From assembly GCF_009914755.1 (NCBI RefSeq), contig NC_060948.1: 64,000 bases of DNA. One strand, given 5' to 3'. A program made the translations under genes and the position numbers. Under the pieces are notes generated by a model. The model was not told the origin of the DNA. It saw only the letters and a list, made by a program, of their open reading frames with translations, and ran no database searches. Below are positions 29,543-44,727 of this stretch, in pieces. Source of the DNA: the human T2T-CHM13v2.0 reference genome, Homo sapiens. Each line of letters opens with the position of its first letter. Positions within the stretch are counted from its first letter, which is position 1.

Positions 29543-32300
29543 GATTCATCAACTCCTTTCTACTTCCCAGCTCACCAAGAGGAAATCTCCATTTAAGTCT
29601 ACTGCAGGCAAAAGCACAGTGATCTCTCTGCTAGAGGGCTGTCTTCCTGGGAGGAACAGGATGTTAGCTTTTCTCATCCTTACTCTAGATACCTGTTGTT
29701 GAGTCTACATTCTAGACAACTGCAGGAAAGTGGTGGGTGTTTTCACTTAGCCTAGATATGTGGGACAGGAATTGTACTTCAGGTGTGGGGCTGCAGAGAA
29801 TACTAGGCCCCCAACTGCCTTATCCTTGGCTCATATAGTAGAGGTTCTATGTGGGGAGAATCAAGTCAAGATAAACTGAAGCTATCCCACTTCCTTGAAT
29901 GAGCTTCACCTCTTAAACAGAGAGAAGCAAGCTATCATACCCAACTTCATTTCCAGATCTGTGACTCCAAAGTTTTTCCTGGGAAAGAAACAGGCTATAA
30001 AATAGGAAACTCTGGGTCACTTCCCCAAAAAAACAGACTTCATTTGCAGAAAGGTGTGGAGAATTTCAAGCCTAATGGTCTCAAAAACAATGGAGGTTAT
30101 GGTAAAAAATAAGATTCACTGGGTATGTATGCTAAACAGTAAGGGGCTAGTTTTTCAGAAAGAAACAAGAAAAGAGATAGCTAAGGAGAGCCTTTCTGAA
30201 TCAGAACAAATCTCAAAAACTGACCTTGAAAACCGTCTCTTAAAAGAAAAAAAAAACATGATTCATTTTTATCATCTATGAAGCAATTTATGTCCCAAAG
30301 CATTGATTAAAAAAAATAAAAGAATCAGCTGGCATTTTATGGAGTTTAATAGGTCAGTATGGTCAGTGAAAAACACAAAGAGAGGTCTTCCAATCCCATT
30401 GTCTTTTCAGGATGACTATGGGCATGTCCAAAGCAGGATCCTCTGAGGAGCATCATTGTAGCCTTCAGCTTATGTGGGGATGAAGAGAATTCATTAAAAT
30501 AATCCTGCCAGTTACTAAACAGATTAACAAACCAATAAAGATAACACACTCTGGAGTGGGGACACCAAGACTCAGAGTTGCTAGAATATATTACCTCATA
30601 TTTCCACTTCCTGAGAAATAAGTTATGAGGCATGTAAAGAAACAGAAATATATGATGCATGCACTGGAAAGAATGCAAGCAACAGAAACTGCCTATGAAA
30701 ATGAGTGAATATCATATTTGACAGACTTCAATGTATACGTGATTTTAAAAGTACTTCAATGTATGATGACAATATTTCATCAAACAATATCATAAAGGGG
30801 AGAAAATTATATATAAATTAATACAAATTATGGATTTTAAAAATAAAATAACCAATAAATTATTTATTAAAAGGAATAAAGGGTAGATATAAGCTGACAT
30901 AAAAATAATTCACAGATGTAAAGGTAAATTAATAGAGATAATGCAATGAAAAGAACAGGGTAAACAAGAATGAACAATTCACGAAAATGAGCAGAGACTC
31001 CCAGAAATGTGGGACAGCGTTAAATAGTCCAACATACACATATTGCGAATACCAAAAAAAAGGAAAAAAAAAAGAGAAGAAAAGTCATTCCAAAAATTAA
31101 TGACCAAAAATTTCTCAAATTTATTGAAAAGCCTTAATCTACATAAACAGGAATCTCAACAAACTCCAAGTAGGATAAATACCAAAAAATCCACAAATCA
31201 ACACATTATGGTAAAAATGCTGAAAGCCAAAGACAAAATCTGTAAAGCATCAGAGAACAATAACTCATTACTTACAAGAAATCCCCAAAAAGAGGAAAAG
31301 CTGGCTTTTTATAAGGAACGATGAAGAGCAGAAGGCAGTGGGATCACATATGCGGAGTCTAAAAAAAAGCCTATTGAACAAGAACCCTATATCCAAAAAA
31401 TTATCCTATAAGAATGAAAGCAAAAGGAATTTAAAAATGCATAAAACAAAAACTAACCCAAGTAAAGGGAGAATTAACCATTTCTCCCCATAATAGATGG
31501 ATATTTTAATACCCGACATTCAATAATGAATAGAACAACTAGGCAGATGACAAACAAGGAAACAATACTTGAACAACATGATAAACCAAATGGAACTAAC
31601 AGACATTTATAGAACACTTAAAAACAGAAGAATACACATCTTTCTCAAGGGCACACAGGACATTCTTAGAATAGGCCTTATGATAAGTCATTAAATAAAC
31701 TTCCATAAATTTTAATGGATTAAATTAATATAAAAAAGTTCTATGACCACAATTGAATGAAATTTAAAAATCTATAAAAGAAGAAGTTTTGAAAGCTCTC
31801 TTATATGGAAATTAAACAACACACTTTGAAATAACAAACAGGTAAAAGAAGAAATTGAAAGCAAAATTATAAAATACTTAGATATGTAAAAAATTGAAGG
31901 TATAACATAATACTTATTGTACATGGTTAAAGCAGTATTTAAAGGGAAATTTATAATAGTAAATTCTTATCTTAAAATAAACACAAAGCTCTCAAATTAG
32001 TCACCTAACTTTCCACATTATGACACTAGAAAAAGAAAATAAAATATAAATCAAGCAGAAGTAATAAAAAATAAAAATTAAAGCAGAAATGAAAAAAGAG
32101 AATGCAAAATTAGATAAAAATCAAAGAATTCAATAGCTAGTTTATTTAAAAAGTTAAATAAATTGGGAAGCTAATAATTATATAGATGAAGAGTAAAGAA
32201 AATTACTAGATTCCAAAACAAAAGAGAGGATATTACTACTGACTTTAGAGAATAAAAGACTAAAGAGGAATGCTATGAACAATTATGTGAAAATAATCTG
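29543..32300 (+). mobile_element. Ancient L1M (L1MC/MD/M4-type) 5'UTR, ORF1 and start of ORF2
   Basis: ORF 31043-31324 has ORF1p-like NFSNLLKSLNLHKQESQQTPSRINTKKST; A-rich strand bias; EN-domain-like sequence at 31.5-31.9 kb. Confidence 0.8.
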
Positions 32301-32414
32301 TAATATTATGTTTACTATAATTTTTATTTCTTGGTGTTGTAAAACTATAAGATCTGATTTTCAAAGAGAAGCAAACATAATTATATTTTAAAAATTCCAA
32401 AATACTGTTTTGTC

Positions 32415-33530
32415 AATGCTTTATTGCAATATAATTCACACGTGATACAATTCATTCCATTTGAAGTATACAATCAATTTTAGATGACTGTTACCACATC
32501 AGAAAAAAGGCCTATACCTTTTAGCTATTACACCTTAGTTCCCAGCTCTAAGCAAACAGTAACTACTTTTTGCCTCTCTAGATTTGTCTATGGTAGACAT
32601 TTTGTATTAGCAGTATCATACAATATGTGGTCTTCTGTAAGATAATTATTTCATTTTGAATAATGTTTCCAAGGTTAATCCATATTGTAACCTATATTAG
32701 TAGTCCATTCCATATTTATGACCAAATAATATTCCAATGTATGGATATGGCAAATTTTATTTATCAGTTGATATATATTTGGTCTATTTACATCATTGAA
32801 TATTGTTAATACTGCTATAAACATGTATGATTATATATATATATATATATTCATTTATCTTGGGTTTACAGCTAAGTGTGGAATTGCTGGATCACATGGT
32901 AACACTATAGATAACAATTTGAGGACTCCCAGACTATTTTCAAAAGTGGCTGCACCTTTTATATTCCCCATCATCAGTGTATGAGGGTCTTCTTTATCAA
33001 TGTTCTTGTTAACATGTGGTGCTATCTGACTTTTTGTATATAGAAATTGCAGTGAGTGTAATGTAGCATCTCATTGTGGTTTTGATTTGCATTTACCTGA
33101 TGACTAAATCTTATTGACCATTTGTGTCATCTTTTTTGGAGAAATATTTATCAAGGTCCTTTGCCCAAATTTTAATTGAGTTGTCCTTTTGTTATTTAGT
33201 TGTACGTATTCTTTACATATTAAAATATAAATCCTTTGTCAAATCTGTGACCAAAAATATTTTGTGCTATTTTGTAGGCTTTTTTTAACTTTGTAGTGTC
33301 CTTTGAAGCACAGAAATTTTTAATTTTGATAAAATGCAATTTATCTAATTTTTCCTTTTGTTTCTTGTGTTTTTCTTGTCATACCTAAGAATCTATTGCC
33401 AAATCCAAGGTCACAAAGAATCACCCCTATGCTTCTACTAAAAGTTTAGTTTTAGAACTTACATTTAGGTTTTAAGTCTATTTGTTGAAAGGATTATTTT
33501 TTCCACATTAATAGTGTTAGCACCATTTGG
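32415..33530 (-). mobile_element. Ancient L1M (MB/MC/ME-type) 3' end
   Basis: gctttattgcaatataattcaca terminus and catctcattgtggttttgatttgcattt ORF2 motif. Confidence 0.8.
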
Positions 33531-33534
33531 GAAA

Positions 33535-34600
33535 TAGTTTTGGCTTGCTAATGGCCCTTAGTGGAAACTGAATACTTAACCATGAACCTATAAGTTTTCA
33601 TGGAATCTAAGCTATCCATCATAAACTGTAAATAATATATGCAGGCCCTGAAGGCATAATTAAGTTACATAAAACATGGTCCAAATGTCCATAGTCCCTA
33701 TTCTTGCTACATTACCTTCTCTATTCCATCCTATACCTATGTTTGATTGGAGTTTTCTACAATCAGCTGATTGAGGAAGAGAAAACTTGGGCTGCTTTAC
33801 GGGTGATTCTGAGCAATATGTAAGTATCAACCAAAAGTGGGCAGCTGCAACAGTATAGCCCTTTTCTAAGACATCCCTGAAGGAGAAGATGAAAGACAGT
33901 CCTCACAGTGAGTAAAACTTTGGGCAGTGCGCCTGATTGTTCACTTTTCCTGGGATAAGAAATGCCCTTTCATGTGATTGCATATTTATTCATGGGTTCT
34001 AGCCAGTAGACTGGCTGTATAATCATGAAATTAGAAGGAACATGATTGGAAAAATTTGTGAAGTCTGAGAAAGAGGTATGCGAATAATCTTCTCTGAATG
34101 GGAAAAATACATAAAAATATTTGTATTTCATAGGAATGCTTACCAAAGAGTGACCTTGGAAAAAGAGGATTTTAATGATCAAGGGATTTAATGACCCATT
34201 CTATAAATACAAGTCAGCCTCTGTTCTCAGACACTGCTGTCATTGCCCAATAGGCTCATCAATAAAGTGGCCGTGGTGGCAGGGATGAAAGTATTGTATG
34301 AGCTCAGCAAAATGGACTTCCACTGACCAAAGCTAACCTGGTTACAGCCACTTCCAAGCGCCCAATATGCCAGCAGCATAGAACACTGAGAATCTAATAG
34401 GACACCATTTACCAGGATGATGCGCCAGCTTGGTAGCAGATTGATTACACTGGACTACTCTCATTATGGAAATGTTAGCACTTTGTTCTTACTGATACAA
34501 ATGCTTACTCTGGGTATAGATTTGTCTTCCCTGAACACAATGCTTCTATCAAAAATATCCTTGCACTTACAGAATGCCATATACCCAGTCAAAATATTCC
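33535..34600 (+). mobile_element. ERVL (HERV-L/MLT2-int) pol remnant, RNase H to integrase region
   Basis: Decayed codons for ALVETE, FTGDS...KWAAA and CPICQQ motifs of ERV-L pol. Confidence 0.8.
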
Positions 34601-34606
34601 TGATAG

Positions 34607-35730
<1,124 letters not shown>

Positions 35731-36698
35731 GTGGCTTTTGTAGTTCGACGAGTGGAGGGAAATGGCACTCAGCAGTTTTTTCTTCCCATTGCTCAGAGAG
35801 CAGGAGGAAGGGTTACAGTGTTACAGTATTCCTTCAGTGCCACTTCACCAGCCGGAAATCTCCACGGCTGCCATGACTTCTGCCTGGGCCCTTGCTCAGG
35901 CTGGCCAGTCTCACTACACCCTCTCAGTCCGACAGGCTGCACTTGGCTTGCACCCTGGCCCAGATCCTGTGCCCACTGCAGGATCCATGGTCAGCCTGTG
36001 GCTGGATCAGGCATGGTGCAAGCAGCCTCTGCATTGGGTGCTGGTGTTTAAATAAGGGGAACATGGTGGTGCCCGAAAACTTGGAGATGCCAGCAACCAT
36101 GGAGCCCCAAGGGTTGTTACAGCTCTTGCCCGGGGAGTCCAGAGGTCTAATCCCCCAAGAAATGCTACAGCTGTTGCTCATTCCTGCTGTGTGTCACAGC
36201 TCTTTCGGTCCCAAAGCCCACAGCTCCACAAATGGGGGCGTTTTATAGCTCATTTGGTCTGCTGCCTGCAGCTTGGCAAGTTCCAGGTTTTTGTCCCATG
36301 AACAAAAGGAGTAAGGTATGCAACACGGAAGAGTGAGTAGGGCAAAGAATTTTATTGAGCCGACAGAAGGAAAACTCTCACCGGAGAAGGGACCCAAGAG
36401 CAGGTAGCACTCTGTGTGAGAGGGGGCCTAAAAGTGAGTAGCCGTCTGTGTGGCTGAGTCCAAGGTTTTCATGGGCTCAGAATAGCGGAGTGCATGTTGA
36501 TGGCCCATGGGTGGGCCTGGAAAAAGCACCATTTGATTGGCTAAAAGGCATCAAGGAAGTTCTCACTCCAGTCATGGACTCTTCCTGGAACTGGCAGCTC
36601 AGTTTTCAGGATTTAAACTGTCTTTGGCTTGAAGATTGGGTTTCACTGGGGAAACATCCCTGTCTGCCTAGGAATTTGTCTGTCTCCTGCTGCCATCA
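35731..36698 (-). mobile_element. 3' LTR of a MER52/LTR27-group ERV1 provirus
   Basis: rc start TGATGGCAGCAGGAGACAGACAAATTCCTAGGCAG preceded by a purine tract; poly(A) signal tttatt at ~36351. Confidence 0.82.
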
Positions 36699-37289
36699 AT
36701 TTTCCCTCCAAAGAGGTACATCTAACTGCCATTAGGATAGGGATGGTGACTGCTCTAACTGCTTCTTGCTGATGGGGGCATTATTTTGTAAAAATGGCAG
36801 TCATCTCTCTCTCAGAGGCCTAGCTAAGGGTCCCTGGTAAAAGGGAGTCATCATCTGAGGCTCTATTTGCATAACGATTTAATGGCCTCTAGGTGAGGAG
36901 AGAGATTTTACAAGGAGGTTAAATATGCATGGACCAAATATGAGTATTATACAAAGAGAAGCCAAAAGGGCAAAAAATCTAGTGCCAAAGAAAACAGAAA
37001 TAAGAAGTAAAATAGACTAATCATTCTGAAAACAATGTTGTGGCCAGAGCTGTTTTAACCTGGTGAAAGAAATTAAATCTTGTATGCAGGAGGGCAGTTA
37101 AACTTTAGAAGGTAGATAGCTATTTAGGGAAGTAGATAATCCCTGGGCATTCAGGATTAAGGGGTCCTTGGCAAAGATACCTTATGGTAAAGAACAGAAC
37201 AAAGGCAAGAACAGCGAGCACAGGTGAGACTGTAAAGAGAGTATTCATGGAAGGTTAATGATTATTGACATTTATCTTTTGTGATTTTT

Positions 37290-40200
37290 AGCTTGAGGTC
37301 TCCAATTTCTTCACACTGGTGCTCTGGGTGCTCTTCTGTGTCAACAGAGGTAATTCTGTGTTTCCCAGGCCTTTACTCAACTATAATGAATCCAAAAATC
37401 TATTCCAGTGACCCTTACTGCCAAAGGAGTAGAAACAAGTACAGTGTACATTCCTTCCCAATATAGGCCTAGAGAGGGAGAAAGGGAAGGAAGTGCCTTT
37501 ACCAGTACTGAGTCCCCTGGGTTGAATAGACATGGTCCTAGTTCACAGAGTTGGGCCTCCAACAGTTGTTTCAGTTCCTGTTTGAAATGGGCCAAAGAAG
37601 TTACATGTTTCATCAGTGTAGAGGTATCAGAGGTTTCTTGGACTAGCAAGAAATCATTGGTGAGAAAATCCCGTTCATATATCCCTTTTTTTTTTTTTTT
37701 TGAGATAGGGTCTCACTCTGTGGCCCAGGCTGGAGTGCAGTGGTATGATCTTGGCTCTCCGCAACCTCCACCTTCTGGGTTAAAGCAATTCTCATGACTT
37801 AGCCTCCCAAGTAGCTGGAACTACAGTTGTGAGCCACCACACCTGGCTAATGCTTTTTATTTTTAGTAGAGATGGGGTTTCACCATGCTGGCTAGTCTGA
37901 TCTCGAACTCTGACCTCAAGTGGTCTGCCCACTTTGGCCTCCCAAAGTGCTGAGATTACAGGCATGAGCCACTGTGCCCGGCGCATGTATTTTTTTCAAA
38001 GGGGTTTAATCCCAATTTTGAAGGGATGTCCCTAACACATAGTAGGAACATGGAAAGAAGAGTAATCTAGAGGAAATGAGTCTCTTGAGACAGTTTTTTG
38101 AGGTGCCTTTCGATAATATAATTCGTCTTTTCTAGGTCTCCTAAGGATTGTGGTCTATAAGCAAAATAAAGATAGTATTATATTCCTAGTGCCTTTGAGA
38201 CCCCCCCTCTGTGACAGCTGTCTTGAATAAAGGGCCATTATCACTGTGGAAGTATTTAGGGAGTCCAAAGTAAGGAATTATTTCATTAATTAGTCCTTTT
38301 ATCACCTCAGAGGCTTTCTCTATTTGACTTGGAAATGTTTCTACCCAGTTAGTTCCACAAAAGCCTTTAAAGAGTCCAGTCTGGGTTTTCTAAGGGGGTT
38401 TCTTTGAGGTTCTCTCTGGCCACATAGGTTTGCACTACTATCTGTTCACATCCCATTCAAGCTCCCCAGCTTTCTCTGGGAGGAAGGTGGCTGGGTTTAG
38501 GGAGGGACAGCTTCTGAACTGGACCATAGATCCCTCTAATAGCAGCTCTTGATAATTGAGAAGGTTGATGTCCATTAGCCAGAGACTCCCTTCCTGCCAC
38601 ATTATGTGGCATATAAACAGTTAAGTTATTCCTCATGGTTAACTTAGTAGCCTCTGGTACCAGCAAGGCTGCTGCTGCAACTGCCCAGAGGCAGGCTGGT
38701 CATTCTTTAGCTACCAACACAAGCTCCTTGCTTAGGTAGCCTACAGGATGCTGGGCTGGACCTTGGGCCTGGGTTAGAACTCCCAGGGCCATTCCTTTCC
38801 TTTCTGGTATGTAAAGATTGACCATCTGTCTAAGGAAAGACTAAGGGTCAGTGCCTCAAGCAAGGCTTGTTTCAATTAGTCAAAGGCCCTTTTAGCCTCT
38901 GGTTCCTAAATTAGGGAGTGAGTCTTAGCTGCTTGAGTTTCCTTTAATAGGTGACATAAGGGATAAGCTATCTCACTGTACCCAGGAATGCATAATCTGA
39001 AGAATCCTGTAGTGCCCAAGAATCCCCTCAGTTGCTCGATGGTTTTGGGAAGGGAAAAGGAGGAGATGGGCTTAATCCTTTCTTTGCCTAGCACCCTTGT
39101 CCCCTCTAACAAGATTAGACCTAGGCACTATACTGAATTCTGACAGAGCAGAGCCTTAGATTTTGAGACCTTATATTCTCCGTTAGCCAGAAAATTAAGA
39201 AGAGCCTTACTGCCCTCCTGAAAATTTCCTCAGTTGGGGCACAGAAGAGAATGTCACCTACTCATTGTAAAAGTTTAACCTGAGGCTAAAGGAACCCTCA
39301 GAGATCTTTTGACACTGCCTCCCCAAACAGGTGGGGAGCTGTCTCAGAATACCTCAGGTAACACCATCCAGGTTAGCTGGGTGGTATGGTTGGAGAGATT
39401 CTTGAATTCAAACAAATACTGGGAGTTGGGGTGTAGCAGTATGCAGAAAAGTGCATCCTTTTGGTCCAGGACTGTGAAGCACTTAGATCTCTAGGTATTT
39501 GTGTTAGCAGGGTATATGAATTGGAAACCACTGTATGAATTGGAACCACAGCCTCATTAATGAGTTGGAGGTCCTGGACCAGTCTCCATTCCTCATTGGG
39601 TTTCTGTACCCCCAACACCAGGGTATTACACGGGCTGTTGCAGGGTTTGAGGAGGTCCTGCATCCTCAAATTATCAATAATAGTTTTTAGCTCTTTCCTA
39701 ACTTCTGGTTTTAGGAGACATTATCTCTGGTTAGGAAAGCAGGTGGGATCTTTAAGGTGGATCCAGACCAGTATGGCATTTGTGGCTCAGTCAATCATTC
39801 CTTGACTTGCCTAAACTTCTGGGCTAATATTGGTCTCCATAAGGGGGATGCAAAGAGTCTGTCCTGGAGCCATAAGAATGGTGGTTTTCATATAAGCTAA
39901 GATATCCCTGCCCAGCAGAAGAATTGGGCTTTCAGGCATGATTAAAAAGTCATAAGTAAACAAGAGGTCTCCCCAGTTACAACTAAGAGGTTGGGAAAAA
40001 TGTCAGGTTAAAGGCTTTCCTGAGATTCCCCTCACAGTCATGCTAAGGGAGTGGAGGCCCAGAATGGAAAGGAGAACAGAAATGGCCACTTAATTGTCGA
40101 GGAAGAGGTCCACCTTCCTCCCTTCAACCTCCAGAATCACCCAGGACTCCTGGATAGTAATGACAATCTCAACCATTGCAGCCAGGGAGAGGAACTCCAG

Positions 40201-40290
40201 TCTCATCAGTCCTGCTGGACCATTTGAGAGATTGGCTCTGGACCCAGTGACCTGAATCTGGGAACAGTCCACCCTCTAGTGGTCCCCATT
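37290..40290 (-). pseudogene. Dead gamma-like pro-pol
   Basis: Protease VEGRKVDLFLD; RT KPNEEWRLVQDLQLINEAV; YVDD decayed to *VGD at 39264-39253; LPKTIEQLRGFLGTTGF; integrase GPY/F module WEGMYTVLVSTP. Confidence 0.9.
37686..37983 (-). mobile_element. Alu (older S/J type) in the integrase region
   Basis: Full dimer with T16 tail. Confidence 0.95.
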
Positions 40291-41489
40291 GCTGATTAAA
40301 CAGGGTTGAAGTGGCTTCCTTACTCTTCCAGGGCAGTTTTTCCTAAAGTGCCATGGCTTGCCATATTTGTAGCAGTTAACAGGTGCTTCTCAGGGATTCT
40401 GGGATTTGTGAGCCTGCAAGGCAGCCATGAGAGCTTCTGCCTTTTTCTTGTGTCTCTTATCTCTCTCTCCTGAGCCTTCTCCTGATTCCTATGGTAAAAG
40501 ACTGAGGTAACTACTTTCAGGAGGTTCTCTAAAGTACTATCTGGTCCCAGGGGCTGTTTCTGCAGTTTCTTCCTGATTTTAGTTGTTCTCCAATTGAATC
40601 AGGATTAGTTGTTCAATTAGATTAGGATTAGTTGAATTAGGACTTGTTGTTCTTCAATTGAATCTGGAGATAGAGGGTTGTGTTTTACCAAGGCATCTCT
40701 TAGCTTTTCCAGGAAGGGCAATGGGATTCTCTAATTCCTGGTCTATCACGGATAGTTTGGAGTAATTGAGAGGCTTAGTTCTAGTCTTTTGTAAGCCCTC
40801 CAATATGCACACCTAAAGTGTTTCCTCTGCCATTTTTCCATTTCATCACTGGGGTCCCATTTAAGGTCCTCCACTGGTACTGCTATTCTTCCCATTGGGT
40901 AAGGCTCATCTGCTTCCTTGGCACTATATGAGATACAAAGCTCATCCTAATAATTCTACTGCTTTTTAGCAGTAGTCAGGGTTTGATTCAAAAGTAATAT
41001 CCTTCCAGGAGAGTTTAAATACTTGGGTTAAATTCTGGAAAGCCTGTATATTCCTGTCAGAGTCATCTGAAAACTTGCCGAGATCACCCTTAATTTGCCT
41101 TTTACCTTAAGTCCTGTAGAGAAAAGGGGACCTGGGACCGTAATGGGAAAATATTCACCAGGTATTTCTTGCAGGGGAAGGAATGAGACTGGGACTTGCC
41201 TAAAATGAGGATTTCTAGGATGAGGCAAACTTGAGAGAGAACCTGAATAGGGATGATGGAGTGGGCCAGGAGGAGCAGGGTTGGAGGGAGATGACTCCTC
41301 TGCTGAAGGCACCTCTGAGATTTGCTTCCCTAGTCCCTTCCGATTTTCCTTTGCAGATTATAACCTAGCCAAGGCTTTGTGCACAGGAATATAAGGCATA
41401 TTTTTTGCCCAGAGTCTGAGGGTCAAAGAGTCCCAGTGATTCAGGATGCACTCAAGAGAAGTGCAGGCTGAAGATAGTTTGTTACCCAT
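40290..41489 (-). pseudogene. Dead gag
   Basis: MA start MGNKLS..CILNHW; proline-rich region; degenerate knuckle CYKYGKPWHFRKNC near 40333-40374; many frameshifts. Confidence 0.82.
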
Positions 41490-41959
41490 CTGAAAGAAAA
41501 GGGGAAAGGCATCCCTTAGTTCCCTTCTCTCTTCCAGTGAAATCCTGGGGTATGTGAGGGAGAGAAAAAAAGGCATCCCTTTCTTTCTTCCCTTCTCCGA
41601 GTCCTGGAAGCCACTAGGTGCACCACCCATGGACACAAGTGCAAGTGCCAACCATGAAGTAGGAAGGCCTAGTCATTAGGGATGGTCACACTTACCTACG
41701 CTGTGCCTTAGCCTTCCACTGTTGGTAACCTTTGGGTTCCCTAGACCTCATCTATGCCACAGATGCAAGCAAATTCTTCACCCATGAAGCAGGAAGGCCT
41801 AGTTGGCAGAAACAATCATACTCACCTGCGTGGTACCGTAGCCTTCTGCTGTCTACTGTCTCTGAATCCCTCAGATCAAGTTTTGGTTTTAGGGCTCCAT
41901 ACCTAAGCTTGGAAAATACATTGGAGTAATGTAAAGTGAAGCTGTGGAACCAGATGCAT

Positions 41960-42569
41960 TAAGGCACCTTTTTAGTACTACCTTGTTCTATGATTCAAGT
42001 CAATGGAAAACTATGAAAACTCGATTTAGGCAGGATTGCTAAGGGCTCAAATACTTCAGAAGTAAAGGCTTGGTCATTTCCTAAAGCTAAGTGCCATGTT
42101 CAGCTTATGTGCTTGCAATGGGCAAAGGGAATATGGAATGGGTAGTCAAAGAAGGTAGTTTTTGAATAAAAGTTTGACCACATGACCAGTTGCAGGAATA
42201 ATTCCTATGATTATTTTTTTCATATTTTTTATGAATGTTTGTATGTTTATGTGTATGGACTTATTATCTTTATTTACTCTCTGTTATCTTATTATCATAT
42301 GACATATAATATATTAATGTTCCATTATCATATTTAAGTGTTGTTAAGTTTAAATTTTAGTATCACATTACAGGATATGAAGAATAGGAGTGAACATTGC
42401 CGAGGACTTCAAATTTTTTTTTTGTTGGAGAAAGAGTTAGTGAATTTTTTGTTGTGCACAGAGTGATTATATCATGTTAGGTGGAAGTATGACTTTGTCA
42501 TTGTCTTTATTTTGAGGTAAGTGTGGGTTAATGAGATGTAGATGGGTGTCAAGTTGACAGGTGGTGAAC
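41960..42569 (+). mobile_element. ERVL internal 3' end, continuation of 33535-34600
   Basis: ERVL-like 3' internal sequence ending in PPT-like caagttgacaggtggtgaact directly before an MLT2 LTR. Confidence 0.7.
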
Positions 42570-43016
42570 TAGATTATTAAACTGTATGTGTCAAATAAGT
42601 TAGACTATGATGTCCAGTTGTTTGGTTAAACACTAGTCTAAACCATTCTGTGCAGGTATTTTTTTAGATGTGATTAACCTTGTTTTCAGTTGACTTTAAC
42701 TAAAGGAGATAACTCTGGATAATATGGAGGATTTTTTCTAAATGGTTGAAGGCCTTAAGCTCAAAAATTGAGGTTTCTCAGAATAGAAGAAAACCTATCT
42801 CAAGACTAACAAAATTCCTGCCTGACATTCCATCCTGGAAGCATGTTCTACAATTTTTAGAGTGAAGACTACATCAACTCTTGCCTGAGTTTCCAGCCTG
42901 TAGGCGTGTCCTATTGATTTCAGACTTACTAAACTCCACAATCATGTGAACCCATTCCTTAAAGTCTTTCTCTCTCCTTCTCTTAAAATTTTTTCTGAAG
43001 AAATCTGACTGATAAA
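42570..43016 (+). mobile_element. MLT2 (ERVL) 3' LTR
   Basis: tatgtgtcaa...ccagttgtttggttaaacactagtcta...ttttagatgtgattaac; ends ctgactgataaa (consensus ctgactaataca). Confidence 0.85.
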
Positions 43017-43120
43017 GTTTCTTAGAATTTTTTTAAGAGGAATTAATGTATATTAAAGTTTATTTTTAAATTATTCTGCATTCATTGAAATGATCATGTA
43101 ATTTTTTATATTTTCATCTT

Positions 43121-43300
43121 ATGATGGAAATATTATCTACATATCTGTACATACACAAAGGGATATTTGTCAGTCACATGTGGCTATCAAGTGCTTGTTG
43201 TATGACTGGTGTGACTATAGAATTCAATGTTTATTTAATTTTTGTTAATTTATATATACAGAGTTTGCCACATATAGCTAGTGCTATCATTCTGAGGCAT
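43121..43300. mobile_element. MER3-like hAT-Charlie DNA element
   Basis: gatggaaat...cacatgtggcta...gccacatatagctagtgcta motifs. Confidence 0.7.
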
Positions 43301-43549
43301 TAGGCAAATGCTTTCATAGAAATATCAGCTACGGATCCTCAGCTCATCTCTGAAAACTTGTCACTTCCTGGAAATTCATTTCCCTAGTTATCATGGCTTC
43401 TAAAGTTTTCTAATGCCTTAAAATACAGTTTTTGTAATATATCTGGTTTTTCTACTTGTTCTCAGAGAAAGCACTCCATATCATCTCTTTCAGAAATAAA
43501 ATTTGTAAAACTATTTTTAATATAGATTGAGTAAATTATACCTCCACTT

Positions 43550-44183
43550 CTAATACATACTGAAGTTTTTTGTTCTTTTTGGCTCTATTTTGTCCTAATT
43601 ATTCTCCATTACTGAGGCAAGACTTTCCTGATTGCAGTATCCATTGTCCTGTGAATTATGTGTTTTTCCTCTGTGGCTTGTGGGAACATGCATATTTTCC
43701 AGCCCTGTGTAAACACAAGACACTATTCCTTTAAAATAACTTTTCCCTAGTATTGGTTAGTTGCCTCACACATCTGCACTGATCACTACTTTTATGAAAT
43801 ATTTGAAATCAGGCCATCTGAAGAACTATGGAATTATCTCAGTGTGCAGCTCTCTTCTCTCTGCTATGTTGTCATGCAAATTCTAGTTCTCTTGGTCTGC
43901 CCAGTGTCTTAACTCCCTGTCTTTTACTCCCTGAATCCACCACTATTGTTATTAGATTGTCATACCCGAGCCATGGCCTAGAAAATTTCTTAAGGCAAGA
44001 AACTGGGGTGATGTAGGTCTTACCTTGTTTATTTCCTGGCTGACTCTCTGGGATCACTGTCCTTTGCTTGAAGTTCAGTGTCTTGAAAATCATCTTTCAT
44101 ATATTGTATCTAAATTTTTTGTTTGTTTGTTTCAGATGGCAAGTTATATCCTATGTTACTCCATGTTGGTCAGAAGTGGAAAT
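43550..44183 (-). mobile_element. Ancient L1M 5'-end fragment
   Basis: rc start atttccacttctgaccaacatggagtaac, typical of old L1M 5' termini. Confidence 0.6.
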
Positions 44184-44466
44184 ATCTGATAAGGCTATAA
44201 TTAGGTAATTTTAACATATAAGGCAATGAACACACACTTTTACTTATATTTTTATGGTCTTGGTTTATAAACTAAAACAACAGCAACAACAAAAATAAAC
44301 AAGCAAAAACTAGAAACAAATCCAAAAAAGAAAACAACTCAACTTACTACTGAAGTGTTTGACACCTTAAAAGAATATGTGAAAATAATTCTACACAGAA
44401 AGACAAGCATCATGAAACATTATAAATCCACCAGAAAGGTTAATAAAGATCATAAAAAGGAAGTAA

Positions 44467-44727
<261 letters not shown>

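Larger units (their letters stand above)
36699..41958 (-). mobile_element. ERV1 internal region (HUERS-P3/MER52-int-like): leader, gag, pro, pol; 5' LTR absent
   Basis: Gag start MGNKLSSACTSLECILNHWD (ATG 41489-41487); RT, RNase H tether and integrase remnants. Confidence 0.88.
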
